A stretch of DNA of 63,188 nt, filler included, from Rhabdomonas costata (GCA_019059605.1; 10 parts of 10 records of this genome joined end to end with filler, not necessarily neighbours in it); one strand, 5' to 3'; shown: positions 25,675 to 39,780, counted from the first letter of the whole stretch. Program-made: numbers and translations. The notes: generated from the sequence alone by a model not told the origin.

Positions 25675-28600
25675 GTTTTTCTTTCTTAACTGTCTTAAAT
25701 GATTACAGTGTTATTGAGCAATTCTGCAGCTACAAGCATGCGTACAACACACAGAAACGTTATATTTCAAGCTTAAATTTTGTACAAGCTGTGGTGCAAC
25801 AGTAGCAGATTATAGTGCCGCAGATTTGTGCTCACGAGCCTGATTGGAATTAAATTCGTTTTATTGCTAATGTTGTAGAAGAGACATATCTAGATGGATG
25901 GAAGTGGCGTGCATACTGAATTATTTGAAACATTAAAAAACTAGCATAATATGAAGTCTTTACATTCTGCAAGTAGACGCTTTTCAGCAAAGACTCTAGT
26001 GATACAATTCTGGAAAGCCGTTGTTAATAGAATATACGGCTTAACTGCACTTTTGTACACATTCTACATGTTTTGCCATGTTGTCTCTTTATGACTTGAT
26101 TTATATTGCAAACTACGAAACTAAACTCTCAAATGGCTTCACAAATACAAGATTGCTCATCTGGTGGAACAGTTATGTCATTTCTGTGGTACCAGGAGGC
26201 CTCCATCCGAGCAGAATGGAAAGCGTGGATTCATCTTCTTCCAAATCTTTCCGGAAAAGCGTAGAGAAGCTGTGTTGCTGTCTTGTGTTGATAATGGAAA
26301 AGTGGAGTACATTTGTAAGGAGCTGTTGCGTTGTAAGACACACTTATTGCACTGACGGTGCTTGGGGACGTTTGAACGAGTGTTTGAATGCAAATGGAGG
26401 TGTGTACACCGGCCATGTTTAGGGTTACGTAAACGAGTTCCATTAGCGGAATAACATGGCTTCTGGTGACCTCTTCGTGAAGCTGAGTGAGAACATCCGT
26501 GATGGCTACTTACAGTGATTTTGGTCTTATTTGTTGATGGTTTTAGTTCAAAAATCCTCCCACCTGCTTGAAGGTATTTCTTGCAGATGGGTTAGGACGA
26601 CTTAAGAGCACATTTGTGGTTGTTCTAGTGGGACCGATCCACCACAGCCTATTTAAAATTTTAGGGAAGTAAAAGTTTGCAGTTATGTCAAATATACAAC
26701 AGACTTACAGATTTATTTGGAGCAAGACATGAGCTACACAACAAAAGTCTGGTCTTTTCATATTGCCATCGAGAAACGTTGTCTTTAAATCAATCAATTA
26801 AGTTCCAATGTTTGCAAAGTTTAGCCTGTCATTATAGTTCTACATTTATATTGCGTTTTGCACTAAATTATGTTCGTCATTGTGGAAACTTAAATCAAAC
26901 ACCGCAACCATTGCAGAGGAAAACTCCTTGGTATGGATGATTTAGAGCTTTCATAAAAACCAAAAAACTATAAAAATGAAAAATGCTTTCGAAGTCTTCT
27001 AATTTTAGGTAAATAAATGTGATCACTGATGAAGATTTATTTAAAAATATCTTCTAAGCGAACCAAATTAAGCACCCAGTTTGAGTTTAAAGATTTGATT
27101 AGTTATTAACTGATGCTAATGTCTCAACAGATCTAAAAAAAAGTCAATTTGAAAAATAATCTTCACCACATTAAAAACTTGCAAACAATATATACCTGTG
27201 TAGAAATATTTTTACTGAGGACTCTTTTGGACCCAAAACATACTGCTTCATTAGCAAAAGGTCAGTTACACCAAGAAACTCAGAAAATTATATGTGACGG
27301 TGTTCCATCGAAGTCTTTTCAGCCTATAGAAATGCCGCTGTTTTGGGACATTTTATGTTATAAACCGGACAGTTTTCTTGACGGGTAACATATAGGGCAG
27401 TTAGGTGTGTGGAATACTTTGTCGAGGGAGCGATTTTCCCCGGTGATTCCGTGAGTGTATTGGTCTTTTGAAGCAAAATGTAAATCTTTAACCGGCTGCT
27501 TGTTGAAAAGGTAAAGATATGGTTTAAAAAATCTATGGTATGGTGCAGTTCTGCGTTTACAGTGTGGCGTACTTTATAACAAAAACATGAGAAAAATGCA
27601 CCAAAAATGGAAAAAAGCGCACACAAAATGGCATCTGACATCACAAAAACATTTGCCATTTATAATTTCAGTACTAATTATTACCAGTTTTTGGGGTTAG
27701 TATTGACATTTCCAATCGGGTATTGAAAAATGAATATTTTGTCAAACCAGAAGTCCCAAGGGCCAGCAAACGAAGATGAAAACCCTCCACTTTAGCAAAA
27801 ACTATACATAAATCGGTTAAAAAGACGGAAAAAAGAGCGCATGTTTGTCTGGAAGCACCGCTTGATTCCTTTTTAAAGAAAAATGCGGCCTGTTGGCATG
27901 ATTTCTTTGCAAAAGCAATGACGGGTAGGCAAAACGAGTTCACAAAAACGAATAACGAGACCATTATGTTTCTAACATCTTGGATAAAGCTGGATTTTTC
28001 TGATTCGAGCGTCTTGGATAAAAGCTGGATTTTCTGAACAGATCCAAATTTAAGACCATGTGTACTCTCGAAAAAGCCCGTTTGTGTCACGGACGATGGC
28101 CTTATAAAAATAGGGTGTAGGAAAATACTTGCACGGAAGTGTTATGTATGCTAACTGTGACGCATTAGGTATTGGCAACACGGTATTAGTTGCTAAATGC
28201 AATTACTGTACGAAGAGTGGAATGAAAATAGGTGTTTTTTATCCTAGGTAATAGTCTGCTCAGGAAGAAACTTGAGTAGGCCACGTTGTTTTTCATGTCG
28301 TTGGTGATTTCTGTTTGTGATAAATGAACCTCTTGGAAGACTATGTAACAAAATGTACCAAGAGTTGACTGCTTTGCTTTGTTGCCTGTATTCAGCAGAG
28401 ATCTGCTTTGCTTAGTTTTAGCACAGTTGCAGTTGCTCTGTGAAATATGATTAAGTTGTAATTGTGCTGTGAATTTCAGCATTAAAGTAATTGCTTTTGT
28501 ACAGAAAGCGAAATAGTGTTGTGTTTATTTTCATTCCAATAAAATATCTGAGAATTTGGAGTAATTGCATTTTCCGTCCAAACGGAGACATATCCAGAAC

Positions 28601-31600
28601 ATAAATGCGTCTCGAAAAGCTGTTGAGTGTAAATTATAGGCATTATGTTGGTGTATTCAAAGACACTTTGGCGCCTCACTACTTCCTAAAAGCGGTGAGA
28701 CGAGAGCCTTGTTAAAGTTTCTTTGAATTGACCTTGACATGTAATTTTCCAGTCAAACGACTTGGCCGCAACACCTTCATGACTATACAGCTGCTGAAAT
28801 GGAAAACAGTGTTTGCACAGTATCCAAGGTTAGGTTGATGGCGGCACAAAAAGAAGAGTTTCAACGATGTTTCATAGGCCACTTTAGACGACTGTGCCTG
28901 ACCCAAGACCGCGTATGGACGTGGGAGTTAATAAAATGTGAGAAAAAAGCCCCAGGTCCAATACACATCCTGTGTAGAAACACATCTTGCACAAACACGT
29001 GCGGCTTCTCTGCACAACCCACCACCGCCTTTGCTCACAATTAACACATCCAACACTCACACAAAGGAATCAGGCTCCGTGAAACGTCATTCCGCTAACT
29101 ATGACTTGCAAGCGTACTGTCGCGAGAATCACTGCTGAACTTGAGGTCCTATACCAAGCGTCCTCCTCATCTTTTGTGGCGCTAATCACACCTCAGTGAG
29201 ACCGCATAAGTGCTCACATGCACCGCTGTTTTTCAAATTACCGCAATACATGCACACGATTCAATTTTTTGTGGTGGAGCGCTTTTCCACAACAACTGAT
29301 ATTAACCAAATTTCAACACCACACAGCCCGCATATTCTGTTTGCTTTTTTACTGCTTAGTTTTCTCATGATCAGGCATTTTTTATCGTTTCAAACGCTAC
29401 GTAGCGTTTGAAAACTCTGGGCATTCTGCTTTGATTCCGTTCAGTTCCGTGGAGAGTACTTTTTACCAGCTCCATAGTTCTTTTGTAAAGACTTTCGCCG
29501 CTTTTCTAGCATGTGTGTATTGAGTGTTTACGCCTTTTACACAAATGTGTCACCACGTTTCTTCCCTATCGTTTACTATGTCTCCGTATGTTCTAGTACT
29601 CAATAATAAGTTTTGTTTTTCTCTCTTAACTGTCTTAAATGATTACAGTGTTATTGAGCAATTCTGCAGCTACAAGCATGCGTACAACACACAGAAACGT
29701 TATATTTCTTTCGAAGTCTTCTAATTTTAGGTAAATAAATGTGATCACTGATGAAGATTTATTTAAAAATATCTTCTAAGCGTACCAAATTAAGCACCCA
29801 GTTTGAGTTTAAAGATTTGATTAGTTATTAACTGATGCTAATGTCTCAACAGATCTAAAAAAAAGTCAATTTGAAAAATGATCTTCACCACATTAAAAAC
29901 TTGCAAACAATATATACCTGTGTAGAAATATTTTTACTGAGGACTCTTTTGGACCCAAAACATACTGCTTCATTAGCAAAAGGTCAGTTACACCAAGAAA
30001 CTCAGAAAATTATATGTGACGGTGTTCCGTCGAAGTCTTTTCAGCCTATAGAAATGCCGCTGTTTTGGGACATTTTATGTTATAAACCGGACAGTTTTCT
30101 TGACGGGTAACATATAGGGCAGTTAGGTGTGTGGAATACTTTGTCGAGGGAGCGATTTTCCCCGGTGATTCCGTGAGTGTATTGGTCTTTTGAAGCAAAA
30201 TGTAAATCTTTAACCGGCTGCTTGTTGAAAAGGTAAAGATATGGTTTAAAAAATCTATGGTATGGTGCAGTTCTGCGTTTACAGTGTGGCGTACTTTATA
30301 ACAAAAACATGAGAAAAATGCACCAAAAATGGAAAAAAGCGCACACAAAATGGCATCTGACATCACAAAAACATTTGCCATTTATAATTTCAGTACTAAT
30401 TATTACCAGTTTTTGGGGTTAGTATTGACATTTCCAATCGGGTATTGAAAAATGAATATTTTGTCAAACCAGAAGTCCCAAGGGCCAGCAAACGAAGATG
30501 AAAACCCTCCACTTTAGCAAAAACTATACATAAATCGGTTAAAAAGACGGAAAAAAGAGCGCATGTTTGTCTGGAAGCACCGCTTGATTCCTTTTTAAAG
30601 AAAAATGCGGCCTGTTGGCATGATTTCTTTGCAAAAGCAATGACGGGTAGGCAAAACGAGTTCACAAAAACGAATAACGAGACCATTATGTTTCTAACAT
30701 CTTGGATAAAGCTGGATTTTTCTGATTCGAGCGTCTTGGATAAAAGCTGGATTTTCTTAACAGATCCAAATTTAAGACCATGTGTACTCTCGAAAAAGCC
30801 CGTTTGTGTCACTGACGTTGGCCTTATAAAAATAGGGTGTAGGAAAATACTTGCACGGAAGTGTTATGTATGCTAACTGTGACGCATTAGGTATTGGCAA
30901 CACGGTATTAGTTGCTAAATGCAATTACTGTACGAAGAGTGGAATGAAAATAGGTGTTTTTTATCCTAGGTAATAGTCTGCTCAGGAAGAAACTTGAGTA
31001 GGCCACGTTGTTTTTCATGTCGTTGGTGATTTCTGTTTGTGATAAATGAACCTCTTGGAAGACTATGTAACAAAATGTACCAAGAGTTGACTGCTTTGCT
31101 TTGTTGCCTGTATTCAGCAGAGATCTGCTTTGCTTAGTTTTAGCACAGTTGCAGTTGCTCTGTGAAATATGATTAAGTTGTAATTGTGCTGTGAATTTCA
31201 GCATTAAAGTAATTGCTTTTGTACAGAAAGCGAAATATTGCTGTGTTTATTTTCATTCCAATAAAATATCTGAGAATTTGGAGTAATTGCATTTTCCGTC
31301 CAAACGGAGACATATCCAGAACATAAATGCGTCTCGAAAAGCTGTTGAGTGTAAATTATAGGCATTATGTTGGTGTATTCAAAGACACTTTGGCGCCTCA
31401 CTGCTTCCTAAAAGCGGTGAGACGAGAGCCTTGTTAAAGTTTCTTTGAATTGACCTTGACATGTAATTTTCCAGTCAAACGACTTGGCCGCAACACCTTC
31501 ATGACTATACAGCTGCTGAAATGGAAAACAGTGTTTGCACAGTATCCAAGGTTAGGTTGATGGCGGCACAAAAAGAAGAGTTTCAACGATGTTTCATAGG

Positions 31601-31711
31601 CCACTTTACACGACTGTGCCTGACCCAAGACCACGTATGGACGTGGGAGTTAATAAAATGTGAGAAAAAAGCCCCAGGTCCAATACACATCCTGTGTAGA
31701 AACACCAACAC
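25675..31711. repeat. AT-rich tandem repeat, period 2722 bp (26987-29708, near-identical partial copy 29709-31711; tail of a previous unit 25675-25768; extra 1218-bp segment 25769-26986)
   Basis: Sequence from 26987 recurs at 29709 with few differences (near-identical ORFs at 27149/29871, 27324/30046, 28186/30908). 25675-25768 matches ~29615-29708. No recognisable protein. Confidence 0.95.
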
Positions 31712-31825
31712 NNNNNNNNNNNNNNNNNNNNNNNNNNNNNNNNNNNNNNNNNNNNTTAATTAATTAANNNNNNNNNNNNNNNNNNNNNNNNNNNNNNNNN
31801 NNNNNNNNNNNTTGTTTTCTCTCAG

Positions 31826-34800
31826 CCCTCGAAGCAGTGGGTCTGCTTTTGTGGGATCGCTGTGTCCCGCCCAGCCCATCAGAGAGGAAGATCTTTCGGC
31901 TCTACACACGTTGTTCAATCCTTCACCGGAGTTTGCAGGAAAGGTTCTTGTGCTTTCAAGTTTTTTGTGTAAACTTTCTTGTTTACTTATTTTGTGCCAA
32001 ACATTGACCCTTGATTCACTACAGTGTTGCTAATTTTGGGCGTGTACTGTCGATTTTCTCGTGCTTTTTTCAGATAAAAGTGCCGACTCTGCACATCTCT
32101 TTGGGCTGGCTGTTTCGTAAGCCCCCAGAACCTCCCGAGGGGGAGTTGCTCACCCTTGACAATTTTCCCACGGTATTTCCTTGTGGACGCAAGCTAAATG
32201 CTTTTCTTATCCTTTTGTCCGTCGTTTTCACGGTTATTCGAGAACCTTGGACGGGGGGGGGGCAAGCGGTCCATGCAAATGTTTCCGGTTCAGCCTTTTA
32301 TTGCAACGCGGTGTTTTTCTTTGACATTTCCGACGGTAAGCAAGTTTGGGTTGAGTTAAATACGCAGATGTGTTGCTCAGCCGAATTTAGTTTGTCAGAA
32401 GAGTCCCCCGAGTTGAGTTTATTTTGGCCTCGCAGAGGGTTAGGGGGTGGCGGATGTGTCCCAGCAGCAATTTTTCTCGCTTCGCTAGAAAAGTTGTAGA
32501 AACCTATAAATTAGAAGAGGTTAAAAAACCACCTTGGGAAAAGCCCTAAGTTACGCTAAGTTACACTTTTCCCCTTTCCAACCACCGTCTCTCAGCCTCT
32601 CCGCGCTTTTGTTAAAAGCTCACTACAACGAAAACGCCAAGGAATTATGCTTAAGCGTGTCCGTCGCTAGTACGCTTTCTTAGACGAAACATGAGAAAAA
32701 AAATTGTGTCCAGCTGTTGGCTGTCAAATGTAATTGTATGTCAGTGCGTTTGTCGACAATTTATTGCAAATATGATGACAATGTTTGTTGAGTTCACCTT
32801 GCAAGCAAACAGGCAGCTTCTCGTTTCTCGGGATGTGGAACCCTGAGAAGGATTCCGTCGTCGGCACTCATGGAGCTTTCCGTGATTTGACGCCGGTGCC
32901 CAGAACGGTTGGATGATGTTGACTTTCCCCTTTGTGTCCCCATGGTTATATGTCTGCACAATCAAAACGTAGAACGTGCAAGAAAGTTGTCAGAAAAAAA
33001 TCCACCTTTCTTTTCCAGGACCTGTTCACCTCCTCCTCGGAAAACTCGGGAAAGGCGATCCGCCGAAGGAGGAGGAGAGTTCTTCTCAACTCTCCCCGTT
33101 CGGTGATCACAGTGCTGAGGTGTGCTTTCGTGGAAGTTCAGTCACCTGTGTAAGCCCTGCCTGAGCCCACGTGTGGTCTCCGTGCTCTCAAGCACAACAG
33201 TGCTCCTTTCCTGTGACGCTTTTCAGCCCACGCGTGTGCTGGAGGTCATGACCTCCCATGCCGTCGTTTTCTCGCACTCCTTCCCCCACTCGTCCCGCAC
33301 CGTGTTACCGTCGTTTCCCCTTCCCTGTGTCCCTAACGTGCTTTCTGCTGTTTGTACTTGCGGGGAGAAAACAACCCAGGGGGCCGGCACCAAACAAAGA
33401 GTTTAAAATAAATGTTTTGGGGTTGGAGCAACGGCACATTTAACCACGTTCATTTTCCCTTGAGCTCCAATCCCAATGGGCTGCGCAAGGACGAAGATAT
33501 CGTGAAGGCGACATTTTTTGCGTGCTTCTGTGCTTCTTTTGAGCGTGTGGCCTGTGTTGAGATATGAGCACGCCACACGACTCTTTTGAGAGTTTCCATA
33601 CATGTGTCCAAGCTTTTTGTGAATTCACCTCAGGGGCTTTTCTTTTGTTCAGAAACGGAGTTTCGCTTGAAGACCTGCAGGAACATCCTCGCCACGACGT
33701 GGAAGTGGAAGGTGCCTTCTTGTGACCTTGTCATCTCGCTGGATGTTTGCCGTTTTCCCTTGACCTTGACCTTTGGCTTTGGTCACGCTGTACAAAAAAC
33801 CAAAATGGTTACCATCCATGTCCCGGAGGGAAAGAACTGGTGTTTTGTTTGCTCAGCTTGGGCGGTTTTTTTGATTTTCTTTTGTCCCGAAAATTCCGTT
33901 TATCGCGAGGGCAAGGGAAAGAAGCAACCACAGGCACGAATGTTCAGCGCACACGCCGAAAGGCAGTGCCCACTGGGTTTCTATTATGGGGAGGGCGACA
34001 GGGTTATGTGTGTATATTTTAATGGGAATGCCAAGATATCAAACGGGAGGGGTCGGAATGTTGCAGCGTGTGGGGGTGCGCCCAGAGTGAGGGTTCTGCG
34101 GTTCGGAGGTATTGGGGCATGAAGGACTGGGATCAGCACGGGACGCGGGCTTGGGTGTACACGTCCTGCATCCCAGCCCCTTTCGGCGTGAGACTTTTCT
34201 TGTAAAGTACGTTGTGGGTGCTGTCGTAAACCCTCCGCTGCGTGGGACAGAAGCAGCGCAAAAGGGACACGAAAGAGCCGCCAAGGGGAAACGTCGGACC
34301 CCAAGGACCGGCCACACAGCGTTCAGGATGCCAGGCCTAGGCCTGCTTCGGCTTCGCCCCCGGTGCATATATGTTTTTTGTGAAAAAGAAACGTTTATTC
34401 TAAGGAACCAGGTTTTGCCCTGACTACACACGCGCACACACTCTCTCTCACAGGAGCGCTAGCGGGAAGAGCTCCTCATGTGATTCAGATGCGGTACGAG
34501 CACCGCGAGGCACGGAGGCAGCAGCTTCTCGCGGGGCTGCGTGAGCAATACCAGTATGAACTGCTTGAGTCTCTAGTCGCCCTCTTCTTGTCAGCTGTGG
34601 TGCTTTGTCTTTTCCCTGCTATTTCACACCATGTTGAGCGTGAAGTTTCCAGGTTTGAGTCTGTTTTTTTCTCGGGGGGGGGGGTTGTTCCCAGCTCAAT
34701 CTCCGCCCAGCTTTCTCTGGGGGACGTGATGGAGTTCTTCGGGAATTTTGACCGCCTAACCCCGGCGCTGAACCCCAAACTGCCGGGGTCACCTGGAGCA

Positions 34801-34941
34801 GGGGAATCTTCAGATGAGGGCTCCCCTGTGAGCGTTGGGCACAACGACTCTCGACGTTCTCCGCTCTCCTTCCAACCAGGATCTCCGAAATCTTCTCCTC
34901 CTGTTGAAACCAATGCCACCGAAGGTTTGCTGAGAGGAGCA
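31826..34941 (+). CDS. Conserved hypothetical protein, partial; exons ~31826-31943, 32074-32172, 33019-33119, 33653-33711, 34454-34553, 34695-34941, probably more downstream
   Basis: Phase-consistent GT-AG joins give LLTLDNFPT..LNSPRSVITVLRNGVSLEDL..MRYEHREARRQQLL, which resembles an N-terminal motif of flagellate coiled-coil proteins. Function unknown. Confidence 0.6.
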
Positions 34942-36168
34942 GTAAGCATGAAAGAAAAAGCGCACGGTCATTGCGACTCAGACTTCTTGCGTTTTGTTGT
35001 AAACAGAGTGCTCGGTCACTGCAGAACCTCCAGCGGCTCAGCTTCCTCTGGATCATTCGGATGAGCCCACGCAGGACCTTCTTTCGCCTGAGTGTGAGGT
35101 CGCCGCTTTTTTATCTTCTGCTTTCCCCGTTTTTGTTTCTCTTGGCAGCTGTGTTTCTAATTGCTGCTTGCCCGTCTTTCACAAGTTTGTTTGTGAAATT
35201 TTTATTGGAAAGTTGTGAGTGCTGAGTATGTCTCAGCCGGCACCTTGAAGTGCAGAAAAGGCAGAAAAAGTACTCCGAACGCTTTATAAACTTCAACTTC
35301 CTCTTCCAGCTTTGCGCTCCATATGGCACATTTGTACGGAAACTTGGAGCACTCTCAGTTTTACTGTAACAATACAGGGCCTCCCTGCAATTACCGCTCG
35401 GCCAGCCACCCCAGTTCCCCCGGTTGCTCTTCCGACGCAAGGAGTGGCTTCAAAGAACCTGCACGTGTCAGGTGCGCTCTTCTCCATACATTTTAGGGTG
35501 TAATTTCCATTGGGCCCCCCTCCTGCCCCGCGGCTTCAGGGCGCGGCAGAGCGTTGTTGATGATACTTTTCCAACATCACCACGCCCCACCCCTTCAATT
35601 ATCGTTTTTTAAATCCCGTGTACCATGTAGTGGTTTTGGGGTCGCCAGATGTACGGCTACCTAAGGAACCGGTGCAGGACGTCTTTTCCCCCTTTGTGAC
35701 GTGAGAGCCGAGGGTTTATGGGTGAAATCCGTTCTGCTGTTCCTCTGGGTGGATAGGGTATGCTTGCCAACGGGTGATTACTGTGGTGGGATGACAAACG
35801 CACAGCTGCTGAGTCTCCACACTCCTCGAAGCCGACCACACGCTCCCTGACGTCGCTTTCACCTTCATTGACACTCCCGAGCTCCCGATCCACGGCATCC
35901 AAGCTCAGCAGGGCCTTGCAATCTCTGGTGAGCAGAGTCGTCTTGCCTGCCTGCTTGCGAATTGTGGGAAGCAATAAATTCGTTTGCTGGGAACGTTTCG
36001 TTTTTTTTTTTTTGCATTAATTAATAAATGCACTGCATCAGCAGGTTACAGTTTGGAGTGAAAAGAGCTCCGTAGTGTATGCCCTTTTTGAAATTCTGGG
36101 CAAGGCGAATGAGCATGAACGCCATTTCTTGGGCACTCTCAGTTCTGCGAGGCCGTTGCACACCACCT

Positions 36169-36237
36169 CACGAAAGCCTTTCCCCGGGTAACGGCCGTTG
36201 TGTCCTCTCTTTCGGCCACTGTCTGACACCTTGTCAG

Positions 36238-36285
<48 letters not shown>

Positions 36286-37700
36286 GCGTGTGTGAGCAAC
36301 AAATGAAGCCAAATCAGAAAACCACTCACCGATGGATAACGATTTCTGCTTGACCTGATTCTCCAAAGGTCACTGTCGACCGCTCTTGTGCGGAGTGGGG
36401 AAGTCGGCTGGTTTCGGAGTCCACGACTCGGATGGAGAAGCTTCTGTCCCGAACGGTGGAGGCGTCGGAAAGGTCTGCTTATGTGGGCGGGTGCTTGCGT
36501 TTTTTTTTTGAACCTCTTGAACCTCCTGCGCATGCACAAATGTGTGTGGTTGTGTGGTTGTGTGGGTGGCTGTGTGGAGGGGACAGAGAAAAGGGAAGAA
36601 CTAAAGAACGCTTCCAAAAGCGAAGACGCTGTCAGCGCCACTGCGTTCAGCACTTGAGGTGTGGTGTCCAGAGCTTCAGATGGGCTGTCCGTCCACCTGC
36701 CTCTGGTTTTCTCGGTGTATTCGCAAGTTGGGAAAGACAAAGACCATTCATAACAAAAAGGGATGGTGGTGGTCGTGGTGGTGGGCTATTTTAGTGGGTT
36801 TGGGTGTGGGTGTGGATGTGGGGAGGGATCAAAATGGGATCTTTTGGAAGCCTCATATGCTCGCTCTTCAGTCTGGAATACAAAAAAACGGGACTAGGTG
36901 CAATGAAAGGTGTATAAGGTACATTCCGATCGTCCGATCGTTGAAAGGCGCTCGACAGGGGAGGGGGGCACAGACCCTTCGCAGGGGACTTCGATGGGGA
37001 CGGCACGTGGGCAGTCTCCTCTGCGGCGAGGCGAGTGAAGACCTCCGTGGAGGCCGGCGACGGCTTCGCCATTCCACAAAACCAAAACAAAATAGATCGG
37101 ATGACGGATGCAAGGGGAGTGGGCGCTTCGCAGGAAGGGCTCAGCACGACCCGAGAGGGAAGAACACAAACACACTCACAGACAGGCAGGCACGCAGGCA
37201 CAACCTCCGCGCCGCCTCAAAAGCGAAGCAGGCGGGAGCCCGAAGGATTTGAGAAAAAAAAACTGCGGGAGAAAGATGAAGTTACACACAAAGTTAGCGC
37301 AGAGGGGCTCTCGCTCCGCAAGAACTGAACTTGAACCTGAACTATTTTCCCAAAAGCAACCTCCCGCTCCTCATGCGAGATTTTAATCCGATTCCTGGAG
37401 ACCTGCGTGCTCGCCCAGGTACCCGGGTAACCCAGGTTCTGGACAGCAGCTTTCCGGATTCCACCTGTTTGCTCTTCTTTCCACACTCTGATAGCGCCTG
37501 TATACGTACTCCAGGGTCATGCATTTCGGTTACTGCGTGCACGATGAGGAAACCGATGCCAGGCCAGACGTGAGAGAAGTATGTCGCAGCCACGGATGCC
37601 ACCGGTGCATCACCCGTCAGTGCGGTGAGACAGTGAGGTCCTTCAGAAGAACGAGAGCAAAGAAGGCACAGCACAGGGTCTTCAGCAAACCAAGGTCACA
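36169..37700 (-). CDS. Probable 3' exons of an unidentified Ser/Pro-rich protein
   Basis: Several short minus-strand open segments are bounded by AG/GT (for example LSDASTVRDRSFSIRVVDSETSRLPHSAQERSTVTFGES at ~36355-36475). No family motif; boundaries approximate. Confidence 0.3.
36240..36295. repeat. (GT)n microsatellite
   Basis: Read directly. Confidence 0.95.
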
Positions 37701-38900
37701 AAGTCGCCGTGCCATTGCTTCAACATGGCAACGGCTAACGAAGCTTCGAGCCACCCTGCACAAGCACACCAACACAACACCTGAGACAGAAGATCACCCC
37801 AAAACCAAACACTCCCAACTCANNNNNNNNNNNNNNNNNNNNNNNNNNNNNNNNNNNNNNNNNNNNTTAATTAATTAANNNNNNNNNNNNNNNNNNNNNN
37901 NNNNNNNNNNNNNNNNNNNNNNGGTTTTGTTTCGATAGATAAGTATTGTAAAGAATGTAATGAAAAGAATTTCTAAGCATGTTAATAAATTTAAAGAATG
38001 TAATGTGAAGAATGCAATTGTAAAAAACGCCCTTGTTTCTGTTCACTTTTTCACTTCCGCTTGCGCTTTGTGTGCAAGTGCACCATTGCGAAAAAGCCTT
38101 CACGCTGCTTTTCTGTGTCTATTTCCCTTCCTTTTTTCCTTTACTTCTCTACGTGTACGTTAGGGATGTGCCCGCATCACCTTCAGCTAAGGTGTGCGAA
38201 ATGCTGCGTTTTGTGTCGCTGCTGTGTCACTTATGAATTCGGGAGATGCCTTCCAGTGTGGAAACACATTTCCGCGGATATCCACGTCTCGCTCTGGTTA
38301 GGAAAAGAGCTGATGGTGGTTTGGAACAGGAGTGTAGACTAGCGGGGAGGGGGAGATGTGAGTCAAGTGAGTCAAGTAGATTCAGATGGAATTTTACGCG
38401 CGTGAACAAAAGGGGCCGCGTCTTTTGCGACCCTTACCTCTCTTTTATTGTACACTGAGGAGTGTCAGAACAAGAAAGTGAGTTGCTGTGGTCTTGTTAC
38501 GGTGAGTGCAAATATATCGTAAATTGCTTTTTTGGGTTAGCTATTATTGGAAATTTCTGGACGAAACAACAAGTGGAGCAAAAAAACACCTCGCGTGAGC
38601 GTAAAAAACAAATTATAAACATCAGCCCAGGTTTTTTGAAGTGAAGTTCTGAGGTGAGCAAGGGTGGAATTGGCCGTTGAACTTCGGTGACTCGGACCGG
38701 ATAACATCTTTCCCTAGATTTTATTTATCACCCACCGAGTGATTGTGCGTGGGATCCGGCTGTCCCCACCTTCCGTTTTTCTGCCAGTACAGAGAGGCCA
38801 AGGGTGAGTGGACGCGGTGCTCGGTGCGTGGTTCTTCCTTTGTTCATCCCAATGTTCCTTCCTTTCATTGGGCGCAGCCTGCTGGTCCTTCCCCTATGAA

Positions 38901-38945
38901 GCCGATGCCGATGCCGATGCCGATGCCGATGCCGATGCCGATGCC
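38901..38945. repeat. (GCCGAT)x7 microsatellite
   Basis: Read directly. Confidence 0.95.
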
Positions 38946-39120
38946 TTTGGTTGATGCTTGGCTTGCAAACCACCCTCAGATTCCCTCTTTCCTTCTTTCT
39001 TCTTTTCTAGTTCTAGTCATGCTGGGGTTGAGGTGTTCTGAAAACTGCTTGGCAGGAAAGTTTTGGGTGGTGGTTTTTGTGGTCATTTCTTTCCACTTAC
39101 GCACTCACTCACGCGCACAG

Positions 39121-39780
39121 CCGTTCGACCCGTCAGCTCCCGTGGATCCTCAGAAACAGGTGTGACTGTTGGCGGGGCGGTTTGGTCCCCTACTCGCTTT
39201 CGTGACCAGAAGTGATAACGAAGAGAGTAACGAGCGTAACGCTCGTTACTCTCTTCCTTATCGGTTTCATTCCTCTCCCTTCCTCTTTTTCTGTTTGGTA
39301 CCCTGTCGAAGCTTTGACATTGTTCTGCTTTTTCTTGGGTGGTGTGAAAGCCGTTTAAGAAAAGGAAACGTGTCTCTCAATTCTTTGTGTTTCAAGAATG
39401 TTCTTTGTCTTCTTTTCGCACAGCATGAGCTCGGGAAGCACTATTTCTACGGTACGGATGGGAAGACGCAGGAATTCAAGCAGGCACTGAAGTGGTTCCA
39501 GAAGGCCGCCGAGCAGGGCCATGCACCTGCACAGCGCTACCTAGGAGTGTGCTTTTATTTCGGCAACGGGGTGGACAAGGATCTGGCAAAAGCCGTGGAG
39601 TGGTACACAAAGGCGGCCACGAAGGGCGATGCAGTTGCGCAGTACAGCTTGGGAGTGTGCCTCTACAACGGCGAGGGGGTACCCAGGAGTGTTGAGGCGG
39701 CCAGGCAATGGCTTACTCTGGCGGAAAAGCAGGGCAACGACCGTGCCATAGCATTTCTCAAGAAAATAGGGAAGAAGTAA
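39121..39780 (+). CDS. Sel1-repeat protein; last exons 39121-39159 and 39424-39780, 5' exons unresolved
   Basis: Three Sel1 repeats (A.KWFQKAAEQGHAPAQRYLGVCFYFGNGVDKDLAKAVEWYTKAATKGDAVAQYSLGVCLYNGEGV), ending at TAA. Confidence 0.9.

Noticed and set aside
27270-27292. Minus-strand TTTCTGAGT resembling the start of a euglenid spliced leader
   Set aside because: The match is only about 9 nt and the following sequence does not fit an SL exon with its donor.
27149-31634. Repeated short ORFs in the tandem array as genes
   Set aside because: No motifs; identity simply reflects DNA duplication, and the diverged homolog at 49766-50076 does not conserve the translation.
38728-39165. ORFs with PMPMPM / HRHRHR runs
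   Set aside because: Translations of a (GCCGAT)n microsatellite in probable intron sequence.
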